Shown here in pieces: positions 8,471 through 17,886 of a stretch of 48,262 bases of DNA. The stretch is from an uncultured bacterium. Its GTDB lineage: Bacteria; Acidobacteriota; Thermoanaerobaculia; Multivoradales; JAHZIX01. Location: NCBI GenBank assembly GCA_965368975.1, contig CBDUPA010000032.1, positions 1 to 48,262 of the forward strand. The letters are read 5' to 3'. The notes beneath the pieces were generated by a model, which was not told where the DNA came from, searched no databases, and saw nothing but the letters and a program-made list of their open reading frames with translations. Numbering within the stretch: position 1 is the stretch's first letter; every line of letters begins with the position of its first letter. Position numbers and translations under genes: made by a program.

Positions 8471-11400
8471 TGGATTACGTTCACCTGCACGCTCACTCGA
8501 CCTACTCGATCCTGGATGCCTGGGGCAGGCCAGATCAGATTGTCGAGCGGCTGCAGGAGGCCGGTTTGAGTGCGCATGCGCTGACAGACCATGACTCGAC
8601 TTCGGGACACTGGAAGTGGCAGAAGGAAGCTCTCGCAGGAGGGATCAAGCCAATCTTCGGTATCGAGATCCGAGTCATGGATGATCTGTCGCAGCGTGAG
8701 TGGCGATCGCCCGAGGGGAGAAGGTTCTATCCCTACCACCTCGGGTTGATCGCCCGCACTCAAGAGGGCTACCGTAACCTGATGAACCTGACCACGCTTG
8801 CTTGGCAGCAAGGCCTCGGTGGTCGAGGGAAGTACATGCCCGCTGTAACTTGGGCTGATATCAAGAAGCATCAAGCCGGGCTTATCGGGACCTCCGGATG
8901 TTTGTCGGGCAAGATCTCGCGCGCAATTCTTGGGGAGATCGAAGATGACTGGCGCGACGTTGCCGAGATGATGGAGGACTGCTTCGAACCGGGCTACCTG
9001 CTGTACGAATGGCAGAACATCGGCCTCGATGCAGTAGCCGAAGTCGCGAAAGTGATTGCTAAGCAAGAACGGTCGATCGTCACTCATGACGTCCACTTCA
9101 CCGTACCCGAAAAACGCCGAGCGCAGAACATCATGGCGGCAGTGATGCGCTGGAAGAAGGTTGTCGGTCCGGATGGTCAAGGGCCGATGCACGAGGATTG
9201 CTTCCTGGCGTCCGCAGATGAAGTCGTTGACATCTTCGATGGCAATGGGTTCGATGTATCGGACCGCGACTTTCGACGCGCTATGGCCACCACAGTCGAG
9301 ATCGCAGAAGAGTGTGACGTCACCTTGCCCAAGATCGAGATGGTGAAGTATCCGTACGATGGTGACAAGACTGAACTCTTCCAGGGCATGGTCAATGCCG
9401 GGTGGCGTAAGCGCGGACTCGACAAGCTCCCTCGGGATGAGAAGAAGGTCTACCTCGATCGAGTGAGGTATGAGGCAGGGATCCTAACCGAGAAGGACTA
9501 CATCGATTACTTCCTGATCATCGCAGACCTCTGTCAGTGGTGCGTCAGCGAGAACATCATGAAGGGTCCTGCTCGGGGTTCGTCGGCAGGCTCACTGGTC
9601 TCCTGGCTCTTGGAGATCACCGAGGTGGATCCGATCAAGCACGACTTGATCTTCGAACGCTTCATCGATCTCAACCGGCCAGACCCACCGGACATTGATC
9701 TCGACTTCCCGAGCCATAAGCGGGAGCCTATCCACGAATACCTGCGCCAGCGTTATGGCCCGGAGAACGTGGCGGTCATCGGAACCTTCACCCGGTACAA
9801 AGCAAAGAACGCGCTCGATGATGTCGCCCGGGTTCACGAACTGCCGAACTGGGTCACCAACAAGATCAAGCCGTACATCCCAGACCGGGCGCACGGTGAC
9901 GTTCGATCGGACATGACCTTCGAAGACTCGCTGTCGGACTTCGAGGAGGTCGCCAAGGTGGTGGACGAATTCCCAGAGCTACTACTGGCCTCAGATCTCG
10001 AAGGGCAGTTCAAAGCAATGGGCGTGCACCCGGCTGGTGTAGTCGTATCATCTTCTCCGGTAGAGGACGTGGCTCCGATCTATGAAATTCCTGGTAAGGG
10101 GAGAGTCATTGGTCTCGATGGCTGGGACATCGAATCTGTCGGATTGGTGAAGATCGATGTCCTGGCCATTGACGGCATGACCCTGGTTCAAGACGCGTAC
10201 GATTCGGTGCTGGCGAACCATGGAGTGGCGATCGACTTCTACGGCATGGACCTGGAAGACGAAGAGACCATGCGAGGGTTCACCGAGACGGACGTCCTTG
10301 GCATCTTCCAGTTTTCGGGCAAGGCGACGAAGAACACCTTGCGCCAAGTCAAACCCACCAGGTTCGAACAGCTGGTTGACATCAACACTCTGAGCAGACC
10401 GGGCGCGATGCTGGCTGGCACTACGGACCAGTATGTGCAGATCGCCCAGGGGAGGACCGAACCTCAAAGCATTCATCCGATCGTGGATGAGATCACTGCG
10501 AGCACTTACAACCTCGTGCTCTACCAAGAGCAGGTGCTCAAGATCATGAGGGAGTTCGGAGGGCTGTCTTGGAAGGAGGCCTCTGAGGTTCGTAAGTTCC
10601 TGAGCAAGCGGATGGGCATGGAAATCCTGGAGCAGTTTCGTGATGAGTTCATCAATGGGGCAGCCAAGCGAGGCATCGATTCCGAGCTTGCGACTGAGGT
10701 GTGGATGGCGACATCTACCTTCGGAGCTTACGGGTTCAACCGCTCGCACTCGCTGTCGTATTCGATGCTGTCGTTCTGGCAGATGTACGTCAAACGGCAC
10801 TACCCGAGGGAGTTCTACTACGCGGCTCTGAAGAACGAAAGTGATGCCGACAAGCGGAATCTGTTCATCGGAGAAGCTTGGCGTAAAGGGGTCCGCTTCT
10901 TGCCGATCGACCCAGACAAGTCCGGGTTGTCGTTCACCCTCGAACCCGAGGGCATACGTTATGGCCTGCAGCAGATCAGAGGGGTGGGTGCCAAGACGGC
11001 ACAACTCATCATGGAGAGCAGACCCTTCAAGAGTTGGGATGACCTGCGCTCGGTGAAGGGTGTCGGCCCCAAGACGATCGAGGTGTTCCGGGCAGCCCAT
11101 GACGCAGGTGATGACCTGTTCGGCCTCAGAGACTCTGCACGCCAGCTGGAAGACGTCAGGGTGAAGACTGGGGCAATGAACATACGCTCGCTTCTGCAGG
11201 CAGCTGAGAGGCCCGACACGCAGCGTGAGTACCTTGTAGCCGGGCATGTGGTGTCAAGGAACTATCGTCAGGAAGAGAAGCTGGCCACCCAGGCAAAGTC
11301 AAGCTCTAAGGTTGGGGCCAAGTCGGATACGGTCATCCTCTACATACGTGATGAGGAAGGCGAGTCCTTCCCAGTCGTGGTGGTGGGTTGGCTGGCGAAG

Positions 11401-11598
11401 AGGAAGGCGATTGAAATATGGGAAGGGGAATCAGATGACATCTACTTGATCCGAGGCAAGCTCCCAGACCACGGCAAGTTCTATTTGGCAAACGGGCTGG
11501 CCAACGTCGGCTGGCAAGACAGGAAGAAAACAGGAGGAACAAATGAGACGGCTACTACCAAAGATACAGCCAGACAACTACCACTCCAGATTGGATGA
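8470..11598 (+). CDS. dnaE: DNA polymerase III alpha subunit (family C)
   Basis: PHP HLHAHSTYS and LTDH, RGSSAGSLV, PDIDLDF, HPAGVV, KIDVL, YQEQV, YGFNRSHS, HhH motifs. Confidence 0.95.
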   Translation: MDYVHLHAHSTYSILDAWGRPDQIVERLQEAGLSAHALTDHDSTSGHWKWQKEALAGGIKPIFGIEIRVMDDLSQREWRSPEGRRFYPYHLGLIARTQEGYRNLMNLTTLAWQQGLGGRGKYMPAVTWADIKKHQAGLIGTSGCLSGKISRAILGEIEDDWRDVAEMMEDCFEPGYLLYEWQNIGLDAVAEVAKVIAKQERSIVTHDVHFTVPEKRRAQNIMAAVMRWKKVVGPDGQGPMHEDCFLASADEVVDIFDGNGFDVSDRDFRRAMATTVEIAEECDVTLPKIEMVKYPYDGDKTELFQGMVNAGWRKRGLDKLPRDEKKVYLDRVRYEAGILTEKDYIDYFLIIADLCQWCVSENIMKGPARGSSAGSLVSWLLEITEVDPIKHDLIFERFIDLNRPDPPDIDLDFPSHKREPIHEYLRQRYGPENVAVIGTFTRYKAKNALDDVARVHELPNWVTNKIKPYIPDRAHGDVRSDMTFEDSLSDFEEVAKVVDEFPELLLASDLEGQFKAMGVHPAGVVVSSSPVEDVAPIYEIPGKGRVIGLDGWDIESVGLVKIDVLAIDGMTLVQDAYDSVLANHGVAIDFYGMDLEDEETMRGFTETDVLGIFQFSGKATKNTLRQVKPTRFEQLVDINTLSRPGAMLAGTTDQYVQIAQGRTEPQSIHPIVDEITASTYNLVLYQEQVLKIMREFGGLSWKEASEVRKFLSKRMGMEILEQFRDEFINGAAKRGIDSELATEVWMATSTFGAYGFNRSHSLSYSMLSFWQMYVKRHYPREFYYAALKNESDADKRNLFIGEAWRKGVRFLPIDPDKSGLSFTLEPEGIRYGLQQIRGVGAKTAQLIMESRPFKSWDDLRSVKGVGPKTIEVFRAAHDAGDDLFGLRDSARQLEDVRVKTGAMNIRSLLQAAERPDTQREYLVAGHVVSRNYRQEEKLATQAKSSSKVGAKSDTVILYIRDEEGESFPVVVVGWLAKRKAIEIWEGESDDIYLIRGKLPDHGKFYLANGLANVGWQDRKKTGGTNETATTKDTARQLPLQIG

Positions 11599-12511
11599 CG
11601 GGGTTACTTCGATCATCGTCCAGTCCAAGGGAGTCATCGAAGCGCAACGGGCTGCACATCTGGTGGCGACCTTCGCTGAGACCACCTTCGGGGAAGGCCC
11701 TTCGGAGTATCGGGATAACCTGGCAGCATGGCGCATCGCTCAGGATGCTGCGGCTTTCAAAGGAGTGGTGCCGACTTCGCTCGAAGCGGTTCCGATCTCC
11801 TTCTACATCGATGGCGTTAGTCGGGCGACAACACACCAGCTGGTTCGAACCCGGGTGGGTGCTGGCTTCGGTCAGTTCTCCCAGCGAGCCAATCCGATGA
11901 CAGCCTTCAACGTCAGGCTGCCGAGATCGTTCGCGCACCTGCTCGATGATGATGTGTACGATTCGTACGTGAAGTCGCTGCCACATCTGCGCCGGTTCCA
12001 TGAAGCTCTACTCGAAGCCGGAGTGCCCTACCAAGATGCACGGTACGTACTACCCGAGGGCGTGGAGACCTCGATCACTGCCACCTACAATCTGCTCTCG
12101 CTGATGGGGACCATACGTCGGCGTGTCTGCAATCGGATGCAGTGGGAGATCAACTACCTGGCCCGGGTGATGGCCGACCTGACGGTGGCCGCGTACCCCT
12201 GGGTGGGCAGAGCCTTGCGTTCTGGGTGTGAAGGGTCCGGCACCTGCCAGACGATCGACCCAATGTTTCCACCCAGCTGTCTGGCCGCGGATGGAAGCTG
12301 GGCCAAAGACCACCGGGTGCTACTCAGCCGTGGCGAGGATGAATACAACTTTCCGCTCGAAGCCAACGGCACCTACATCCACTTTGCTGATCTTGACACC
12401 CAGCGGATCCAAGAGGAGCGTAAGTATCCCGGGATCGTGATGAGCATGGCCAAGCCTGGTGTTGTGTTGGCGAGGATCAATGGGCATGGACTTTGGGAAG
12501 GAGTCAACTGA
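11543..12511 (+). CDS. thyX: Flavin-dependent thymidylate synthase-like protein (divergent)
   Basis: GVSRATTHQLVRTR-x8-SQR, DARYVLP, RxCxxxQWEI; AGGAGG RBS. Confidence 0.8.
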   Translation: MRRLLPKIQPDNYHSRLDDGVTSIIVQSKGVIEAQRAAHLVATFAETTFGEGPSEYRDNLAAWRIAQDAAAFKGVVPTSLEAVPISFYIDGVSRATTHQLVRTRVGAGFGQFSQRANPMTAFNVRLPRSFAHLLDDDVYDSYVKSLPHLRRFHEALLEAGVPYQDARYVLPEGVETSITATYNLLSLMGTIRRRVCNRMQWEINYLARVMADLTVAAYPWVGRALRSGCEGSGTCQTIDPMFPPSCLAADGSWAKDHRVLLSRGEDEYNFPLEANGTYIHFADLDTQRIQEERKYPGIVMSMAKPGVVLARINGHGLWEGVN

Positions 12512-12888
12512 TGGCGAAGAAGAATTTGACCGTCTACCTGTTGCCGAAGCGCTGGGTGATCCCATTCCTGGCCGCTTACCGAGTCATGGAGCGATCGCTC
12601 AATCCGGCCTTCACCTTCATCCTGCGCTGCGCCAAGTGTGGCAAGATGGGTGGCGACAAGGTGAAGTACGTGATGTCAAGGAAGAACCCCGAAGCCATCA
12701 TCGGACTGCAGTGTGAGAACTGCGGGCAGACGGTGAAGCTGGAGGGCATGATCGATCCGAAGTCAAAGGGGTTCCCGAAGCGGCTTCGCAAGGAGCACCC
12801 CTCGGTGTTGGAGATCGATGGCAAGACCGCCAAGGATGGCGACTTGGATCCGGGTGACGTCACCAAGATCTTGTTCAAGAATGAGTAG
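12511..12888 (+). CDS. Hypothetical zinc-ribbon protein
   Basis: CAKC...CENC; TGATG coupling with thyX. Confidence 0.65.
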   Translation: MAKKNLTVYLLPKRWVIPFLAAYRVMERSLNPAFTFILRCAKCGKMGGDKVKYVMSRKNPEAIIGLQCENCGQTVKLEGMIDPKSKGFPKRLRKEHPSVLEIDGKTAKDGDLDPGDVTKILFKNE

Positions 12889-13264
12889 AGCAGACACGAA
12901 GGTGGTGGCGATTGATCCCGGGCTTACGTTCGGGATCTCGCACGCTGTCTCAGGCGAGTGCTTCCATGTTGAACGCCCTGCCCTCCGAGGACTTGAGTGG
13001 CTGCAATCGGCAATCGCTGCGGGTGTTGTCGATCGGGTTGTCATCGAGCGGTTCGATCCACGTCGCTGGGATGAGGAGGCTGTGCTGACCGTTGAGTTCA
13101 TCGGCGTGATCCGCTGGCTCTGCAAGCAGGGTGGGATTCCAATCGGGGAGGTCAACGCCGATGCGAAGAAGAAGACCTTGCCCGAGACGGAACATATCGA
13201 GGGCGGACATGCCAGGGATGCTGAAGCAGTTCGGCTCTGGGACCTCCGCTACGGGAAGTGGTAG
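12881..13264 (+). CDS. RuvC-like Holliday junction resolvase
   Basis: VVAIDPG, VVIE and HARDA motifs. Confidence 0.75.
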   Translation: MSRADTKVVAIDPGLTFGISHAVSGECFHVERPALRGLEWLQSAIAAGVVDRVVIERFDPRRWDEEAVLTVEFIGVIRWLCKQGGIPIGEVNADAKKKTLPETEHIEGGHARDAEAVRLWDLRYGKW

Positions 13265-13269
13265 CCGCC

Positions 13270-13617
13270 ATGGATCTCGACTTCGACTGGTACGAATACG
13301 CATCTTGCAAAGGCATCGCTCGGTCGCTCGATGACCAGAATGATTCTCCGTTCTTCATGGAGGGCAGAGGCAAGACGTACCCGAAGGCGAGAAGGTACTG
13401 CTCGGGTTGTCCGGTGGTGATCGACTGTCTTATCAGCGCGCTCCCCGAGGGCACTGAGGGCTTCTGGGGATGCACCTCGAAGACCAACAGGCAGACCATC
13501 AGGAAGCTCATGAATGAGTACGACTATGACTTCCAGCAAGCCGTCTCCGAGGTATGGGAGTATCATCGGAAGCTTGGCTCGCTGGTTCCGTCACCGAGCG
13601 TGTGGAAGGAATGGTAA
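13270..13617 (+). CDS. whiB: WhiB-family Fe-S transcription factor
   Basis: WxxxAxC...FF...ARxxCxxCPVxxxC...GFWG; family restricted to Actinobacteria and their phages. Confidence 0.85.
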   Translation: MDLDFDWYEYASCKGIARSLDDQNDSPFFMEGRGKTYPKARRYCSGCPVVIDCLISALPEGTEGFWGCTSKTNRQTIRKLMNEYDYDFQQAVSEVWEYHRKLGSLVPSPSVWKEW

Positions 13618-14183
13618 TGGCAGAGAAAAAGAAGAAGGGCATGGCTCACGGCATCCAGGATGGGAAGCGCAAGCCGACCACCAAAGCGACTGCGCCGAGA
13701 GCCACCCGCGCCATTACCAGGAAGAACAAGCAGCACGGCAAGTCCTCTGGACGTAAGCCCGGCAAGATCGATCCAGAGTGGGGACTCACACCCAATCAGA
13801 AGCGCATCGCTCGCAAGATGTTGGAGGCCGAACTGGAAGACGGTTTGTTCCCAGCCTCGGTCGCAGCGGTTGCGAAGGTATCGGGAGCGCAGCCAGCTTA
13901 CGTCCGGGACCTGCTTAAGCGGAAGGAGTTTCAGGCCTACCTGATGCACCTGCTGGAACTTGAAGGGGTGGTCCTCGAAGGAGCATTCTGGAGAGGGCTG
14001 GCGCTCGGGCTGCAGACTGGTGACGTCAAGGTGCTGGAGCTATACGCTCGCATGACCGGCAAGATCGACAACCAGAAGGACACCAAGGTAGTGATCGAGG
14101 TGACCAGCCCAGACGGTCAGCCTGCGCTGCCTGTCTACGAAGTGGAAGAAGCGGACATCGTTGAAGTTGGAGGCTACGAATGA
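13617..14183 (+). CDS. Putative terminase small subunit (HTH protein)
   Basis: LTPNQ...HTH-like segment...GDVKVLELYARMTG; lies two genes upstream of TerL. Confidence 0.6.
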   Translation: MAEKKKKGMAHGIQDGKRKPTTKATAPRATRAITRKNKQHGKSSGRKPGKIDPEWGLTPNQKRIARKMLEAELEDGLFPASVAAVAKVSGAQPAYVRDLLKRKEFQAYLMHLLELEGVVLEGAFWRGLALGLQTGDVKVLELYARMTGKIDNQKDTKVVIEVTSPDGQPALPVYEVEEADIVEVGGYE

Positions 14184-14470
14184 GTAAGGAAACTGCCGTC
14201 GCAGATCTGCGTCAGCTGACATTGGCGCTCGCTGAGTCAAGCGACCTGCCGTGGCAAGAGTGTGCTCCGGTAGTCGCCCAAATCGAGGGTGAGTTTGGAG
14301 GTATGGCCAGAGAGATCTTGGAGGAGGCTGCCGAGATCACAGACCGCATCAAAAACAAAGCGGGCATCTTGGAGACACTTACTTGGGTGATCTTGAACCG
14401 GCGCGTCACTGGCAAGCCGTATGACGTTCAGAAGACCTTCCCACTTACGGAGAATCCCGGAGCGCAATGA
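14180..14470 (+). CDS. Hypothetical protein
   Basis: GGAGG RBS, ATGA coupling on both sides. Confidence 0.65.
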   Translation: MSKETAVADLRQLTLALAESSDLPWQECAPVVAQIEGEFGGMAREILEEAAEITDRIKNKAGILETLTWVILNRRVTGKPYDVQKTFPLTENPGAQ

Positions 14471-15900
14471 GCAAGATATCCCTCAGCTGGAGTACAGCCC
14501 AAGAGAACCCAGCCCAGATGGGTTTCATTCAAGACACCACCCATCGCCACACCGGGTTCGTGGGTGGGCTTGGCTCGGGCAAGACTTGGTCCGGTGCGAT
14601 CAAGTCGATCCTGTATGCGATAGCCCACCCTGGTTGTTTGGGGCTGGTGTCTGCGCCGACCTATCGCCAGCTGCGAGACTCTACGATGAGGGAGTTCTTC
14701 AAGCTGCTGCCTCCGGGCCTTGTCGATAAGTTCAACCGATCAGAATACGAACTCAAGCTAACCAATGGCTCTGAGATCTTGTTCCGGTCGCTTGACAACT
14801 ACGACTCAGTGCGAGGTATCGAGGCTGCGTTCATCTGGATCGATGAAGCCAACCTGATCTCAGTGAAGGCTTGGAGGGTTACAGTCGGACGGTTGAGGCA
14901 GCCGGGCTTCCCTCACCGATCGTGGATTACAACCACACCCCGAGGCAAGACCGGCAACTGGCTGTATGAGGAGTACATCCTCAAGCCGCAGAAAGACCCC
15001 GAGGCTCGCAAACGGAGGAAGACCTATCACGCCCTCACCCGAGACAACATGCAGAACACCGGCGTGGAGTACATCCTCGATCTTGAGTCAACCTACACTG
15101 GAGACTTTGCCAAGCAAGAGTTGTCGGGCGAATTCGTAGACATCATCGAAGGCCGGGTTTACCCACAGTTCGAACGCCAGTACCATGTCGACTACTACGG
15201 TGAGGACATTATCTTCGAGCCGCACCTGCCACTCTACGCCTTCTGGGATTATGGGTTCTCAGATGAAGGCGCGCTCTGGCTGGCGCAGACGGTCAAGCTG
15301 CCTGCTCACAAATCGATACCGCTCCTTGATCCGAACAACCCAGACACGCTGACGGAAATGGATATACCTGAAAGCACCGGGCTGGTGCTCCTCGATGTCA
15401 TAATCGAAGACGGGCAGAACGCGGACTTCTGGGTCGAGACGGTGCGTGTGATCGAGGAGCGATGGAAGCCGATCGACAAACACTTTGGGGATCCGGCTGG
15501 CGAGCAGCGCGAGGTTAGTACCGGCAAGTCGATGGCCGATCACCTTCGGGCTGAGGGTATCTTCGTACGCTCGAAGAAGTCTCCGACAGACAAGGGGAGG
15601 TTGCTCATACACAAGCTCCTGAACGAACGACGGCTCTTCATTTCTTCGGAGTGTCAGCAAGGCATCGCGGCCTTCCAGAACTACCACTGGCCGCTCGATG
15701 CCGACGGCAATCGCAAGGAGGGGTCCCGGCTTCCGGTGCACGACTGGTCGAGCCACCCGATGGATGCGCTGCGCTATGGGGCAACTGGACTGTTCCCGAT
15801 CTTCGCACCATCGAAGCTCGACCGGCGCAACCTTGCCCAGTCAAATCGGGGTCCTTCATCGGGCTTTACAGGAAAAGGGCTCAAGAACGAGCAGTGGTGA
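14467..15900 (+). CDS. terL: Terminase large subunit
   Basis: GGLGSGKT Walker A, APTY, WIDEA Walker B, TTTP motif III, WDYGFSD, DPAG and HPMDALRY nuclease motifs. Confidence 0.95.
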   Translation: MSKISLSWSTAQENPAQMGFIQDTTHRHTGFVGGLGSGKTWSGAIKSILYAIAHPGCLGLVSAPTYRQLRDSTMREFFKLLPPGLVDKFNRSEYELKLTNGSEILFRSLDNYDSVRGIEAAFIWIDEANLISVKAWRVTVGRLRQPGFPHRSWITTTPRGKTGNWLYEEYILKPQKDPEARKRRKTYHALTRDNMQNTGVEYILDLESTYTGDFAKQELSGEFVDIIEGRVYPQFERQYHVDYYGEDIIFEPHLPLYAFWDYGFSDEGALWLAQTVKLPAHKSIPLLDPNNPDTLTEMDIPESTGLVLLDVIIEDGQNADFWVETVRVIEERWKPIDKHFGDPAGEQREVSTGKSMADHLRAEGIFVRSKKSPTDKGRLLIHKLLNERRLFISSECQQGIAAFQNYHWPLDADGNRKEGSRLPVHDWSSHPMDALRYGATGLFPIFAPSKLDRRNLAQSNRGPSSGFTGKGLKNEQW

Positions 15901-15912
15901 CTAAGCTGGCTT

Positions 15913-16140
15913 ATGGCCATCAACAGGAAGCGAGGCTACATCATGCGTGACGAATGTACATGCGAGTTATACGGATCCAGCTGCGTCCCCTGCAGCGACC
16001 GTTACACGATCAACCGCGGACTGCCGGGAGCGCCATCCCGTAGCCGGGTGCGAGGAGTCGAGAGCTTCCTTCCTGGGCGACGAACGATCTCCACCCGGCA
16101 GTCCGCTGCTTCTGAGAAGAACGATGCTCCTGCCCGGTGA
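15913..16140 (+). CDS. Hypothetical protein (Cys-containing)
   Basis: Fills the gap after terL; CxC...CxxC. Confidence 0.4.
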   Translation: MAINRKRGYIMRDECTCELYGSSCVPCSDRYTINRGLPGAPSRSRVRGVESFLPGRRTISTRQSAASEKNDAPAR

Positions 16141-16324
16141 TCGAGTCACCATCCGCTATCGCCACATCGAAGGCGAATACGAAGCCGTAGTGCTTCAGCC
16201 CGAGTCCGACGGCCAGGTTTGGGTTCAGGCGCTCGATGACAACCGCGGTGGTGCGGCTCAAGTAAACACCTACCGGGTGGTCTCAACACCACCACAACAA
16301 ATCCGAATAAATCTCTCGATTTAA
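16124..16324 (+). CDS. Small SH3-like beta-barrel hypothetical protein
   Basis: MLLPGDRVTIRY...EAVV...VWVQ pattern. Confidence 0.5.
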   Translation: MLLPGDRVTIRYRHIEGEYEAVVLQPESDGQVWVQALDDNRGGAAQVNTYRVVSTPPQQIRINLSI

Positions 16325-16325
16325 C

Positions 16326-16384
16326 TCGACATCAGCCGATAGGTTGACCATACTGTCCTTACGGCTACACAAGGAGAGGCCATG
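16326..16384 (+). promoter_or_regulatory. Sigma70-type promoter and conserved leader, copy A
   Basis: TCGACA-17nt-CATACT then ACGGCTACACAAGGAGAGGCCATG. Confidence 0.7.
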
Positions 16385-16876
16385 ACCACAGCACAAGACC
16401 GAGCAGCAGAACACGATCGCAAGGCAGCCGAGAGCTTCGAGCGTTGCGATACGGATGGCTTCGTCACTCAGGCAGCCCACGGCATCAACGCCCGACTTGA
16501 GCGACTTCAGGACAAGATCGACAAGGCCGGAGGCACCGCGAGCTTCGCTGGCCTCTTCGATGCAGAGGACAATCGAGTCAAGGCCAAGCTGGTCCTGGTT
16601 GACAACTTTCAGGGAACCGGCAAGGACCTGAAGTGGCTGGTGCTTGACGCCAACGACAATCCGCTTCATTGGATCGCCAGGCCACAGGATCCACTCCACC
16701 CAAGCAAGCGCTCGAAGATGGGGCAGCTTGGGCTACGCGAGGACTTGGAGTCTGCACCCGCGACTGCTTACATTCCGGACAACGGGCAGACCGGCACTGG
16801 CGGCATGTTCAACCTCCACCCGGCCATCCGGCGGACCGACAAGGGCTACCCCGAAGGCGCGGTGATCATGTCGTGA
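16382..16876 (+). CDS. Hypothetical protein (first gene of cassette A)
   Basis: AAGGAG RBS, 164 aa, phage-like codon usage. Confidence 0.8.
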   Translation: MTTAQDRAAEHDRKAAESFERCDTDGFVTQAAHGINARLERLQDKIDKAGGTASFAGLFDAEDNRVKAKLVLVDNFQGTGKDLKWLVLDANDNPLHWIARPQDPLHPSKRSKMGQLGLREDLESAPATAYIPDNGQTGTGGMFNLHPAIRRTDKGYPEGAVIMS

Positions 16877-17148
16877 AATTCGTCCCCATCATAATCAACC
16901 CCGAGGAAGATCGGGACAACCACTTGGTTGAGCATGCAAGGGAGATCGCTGCCGGTCTTCCTTGCGAGTGCGCCCGGGTCGACACAACCGAGTCAGGATT
17001 GGTTGTCGTCACCGAGCCGGATCCGATGACCGAAGTGGGCTTCGATCCGAACGAAGAACTCAAAGCTCTGTTCGGACTTGACCCGAACCAAACCCAGCAA
17101 CAGGAAGACGACAAGGACGGCTACGACCCAGGAGGTCCATACCTATGA
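16873..17148 (+). CDS. Hypothetical acidic protein
   Basis: GTGA overlap with the upstream stop; VKFVPIIINPEED... Confidence 0.6.
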   Translation: MKFVPIIINPEEDRDNHLVEHAREIAAGLPCECARVDTTESGLVVVTEPDPMTEVGFDPNEELKALFGLDPNQTQQQEDDKDGYDPGGPYL

Positions 17149-17498
17149 ACGGCACAACATCGACCCCAGTCCCATGCTTCTGCGTGGGCGATTGCTGGCC
17201 TGATGGGCCATGCGAAACAGAGACGGGCGGAGCCTGCTTCGCCTGTCAGGAGAACTGCCACAGCTGCCGTGGCAAGGGCACCGTAGCCTTGCACGGTATT
17301 GCGATCGCAGCGGGCGACTTCAACGGTCCCGATTGGGATGATGACTCACGTGAGGCTTATCTCTCCGGAGACTACGACACACCTTGCGAGATCTGCAACG
17401 GCAAAGGCTACTTGCCTCGGGGTGCGGAACAAGCCCGCCACGAAGACCGGGCACTGTACCGGGCAGAGTCCGGGATGATGCCAGGAAGGGATTACTAA
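17145..17498 (+). CDS. Cys-rich protein with DnaJ-like CxxCxGxG repeats
   Basis: CHSCRGKG and CEICNGKG plus additional N-terminal Cys. Confidence 0.7.
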   Translation: MNGTTSTPVPCFCVGDCWPDGPCETETGGACFACQENCHSCRGKGTVALHGIAIAAGDFNGPDWDDDSREAYLSGDYDTPCEICNGKGYLPRGAEQARHEDRALYRAESGMMPGRDY

Positions 17499-17746
17499 TG
17501 AGCGAATCAACCCACAATGTCCACGCCAAGCATGTGGCCATCGAAGTGTTGATAGAGCATCTTCAAACCGGACATGGCCTCTTGCTAAATCCCGGAGACG
17601 TTGCCAACATCATGGTTGAGAAGCAAGCGAGGCACTACCACGCTCAAGCACATCGTCACGGCAACAAGCGCAGGACCGGCTGCCAATACCATGTCGTCTC
17701 GTGGCGCGGCTGTGACTACTGTCCAGCAGTGGAGGAGACAACATGA
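17498..17746 (+). CDS. Hypothetical His/Cys-rich protein
   Basis: TAATG coupling; CxxH...CxxC C-terminus. Confidence 0.6.
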   Translation: MSESTHNVHAKHVAIEVLIEHLQTGHGLLLNPGDVANIMVEKQARHYHAQAHRHGNKRRTGCQYHVVSWRGCDYCPAVEETT

Positions 17747-17886
17747 TTGCCGCCATACCAGCTTGGACCGAGGCTGCGATGAATCTCGCCCTGCTCGGGC
17801 TAGGCTTCGGTGTAGCGATCGGTAAGACGGCAATCGATGCCCGCTGGCAAGAGCGCCAGTGGCGAAACAGGAAGGAACAGAAATGA
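17743..17886 (+). CDS. Small membrane protein (47 aa, not in ORF track)
   Basis: GGAGGAG RBS; MIAAIPAWTEAAMNLALLGLGFGVAIGKTAIDARWQERQWRNRKEQK; ATGA overlaps on both sides. Confidence 0.6.
   Translation: MIAAIPAWTEAAMNLALLGLGFGVAIGKTAIDARWQERQWRNRKEQK

Noticed and set aside
10048-11247. 399-aa minus-strand ORF inside dnaE (and similar antisense ORFs in other genes)
   Set aside because: Typical stop-poor antisense frames of high-GC coding DNA; no motifs.
8470-11598. Intein or intron in dnaE, terL or helicases
   Set aside because: Motif spacing and lengths are normal; no intein terminal motifs or homing endonuclease seen.
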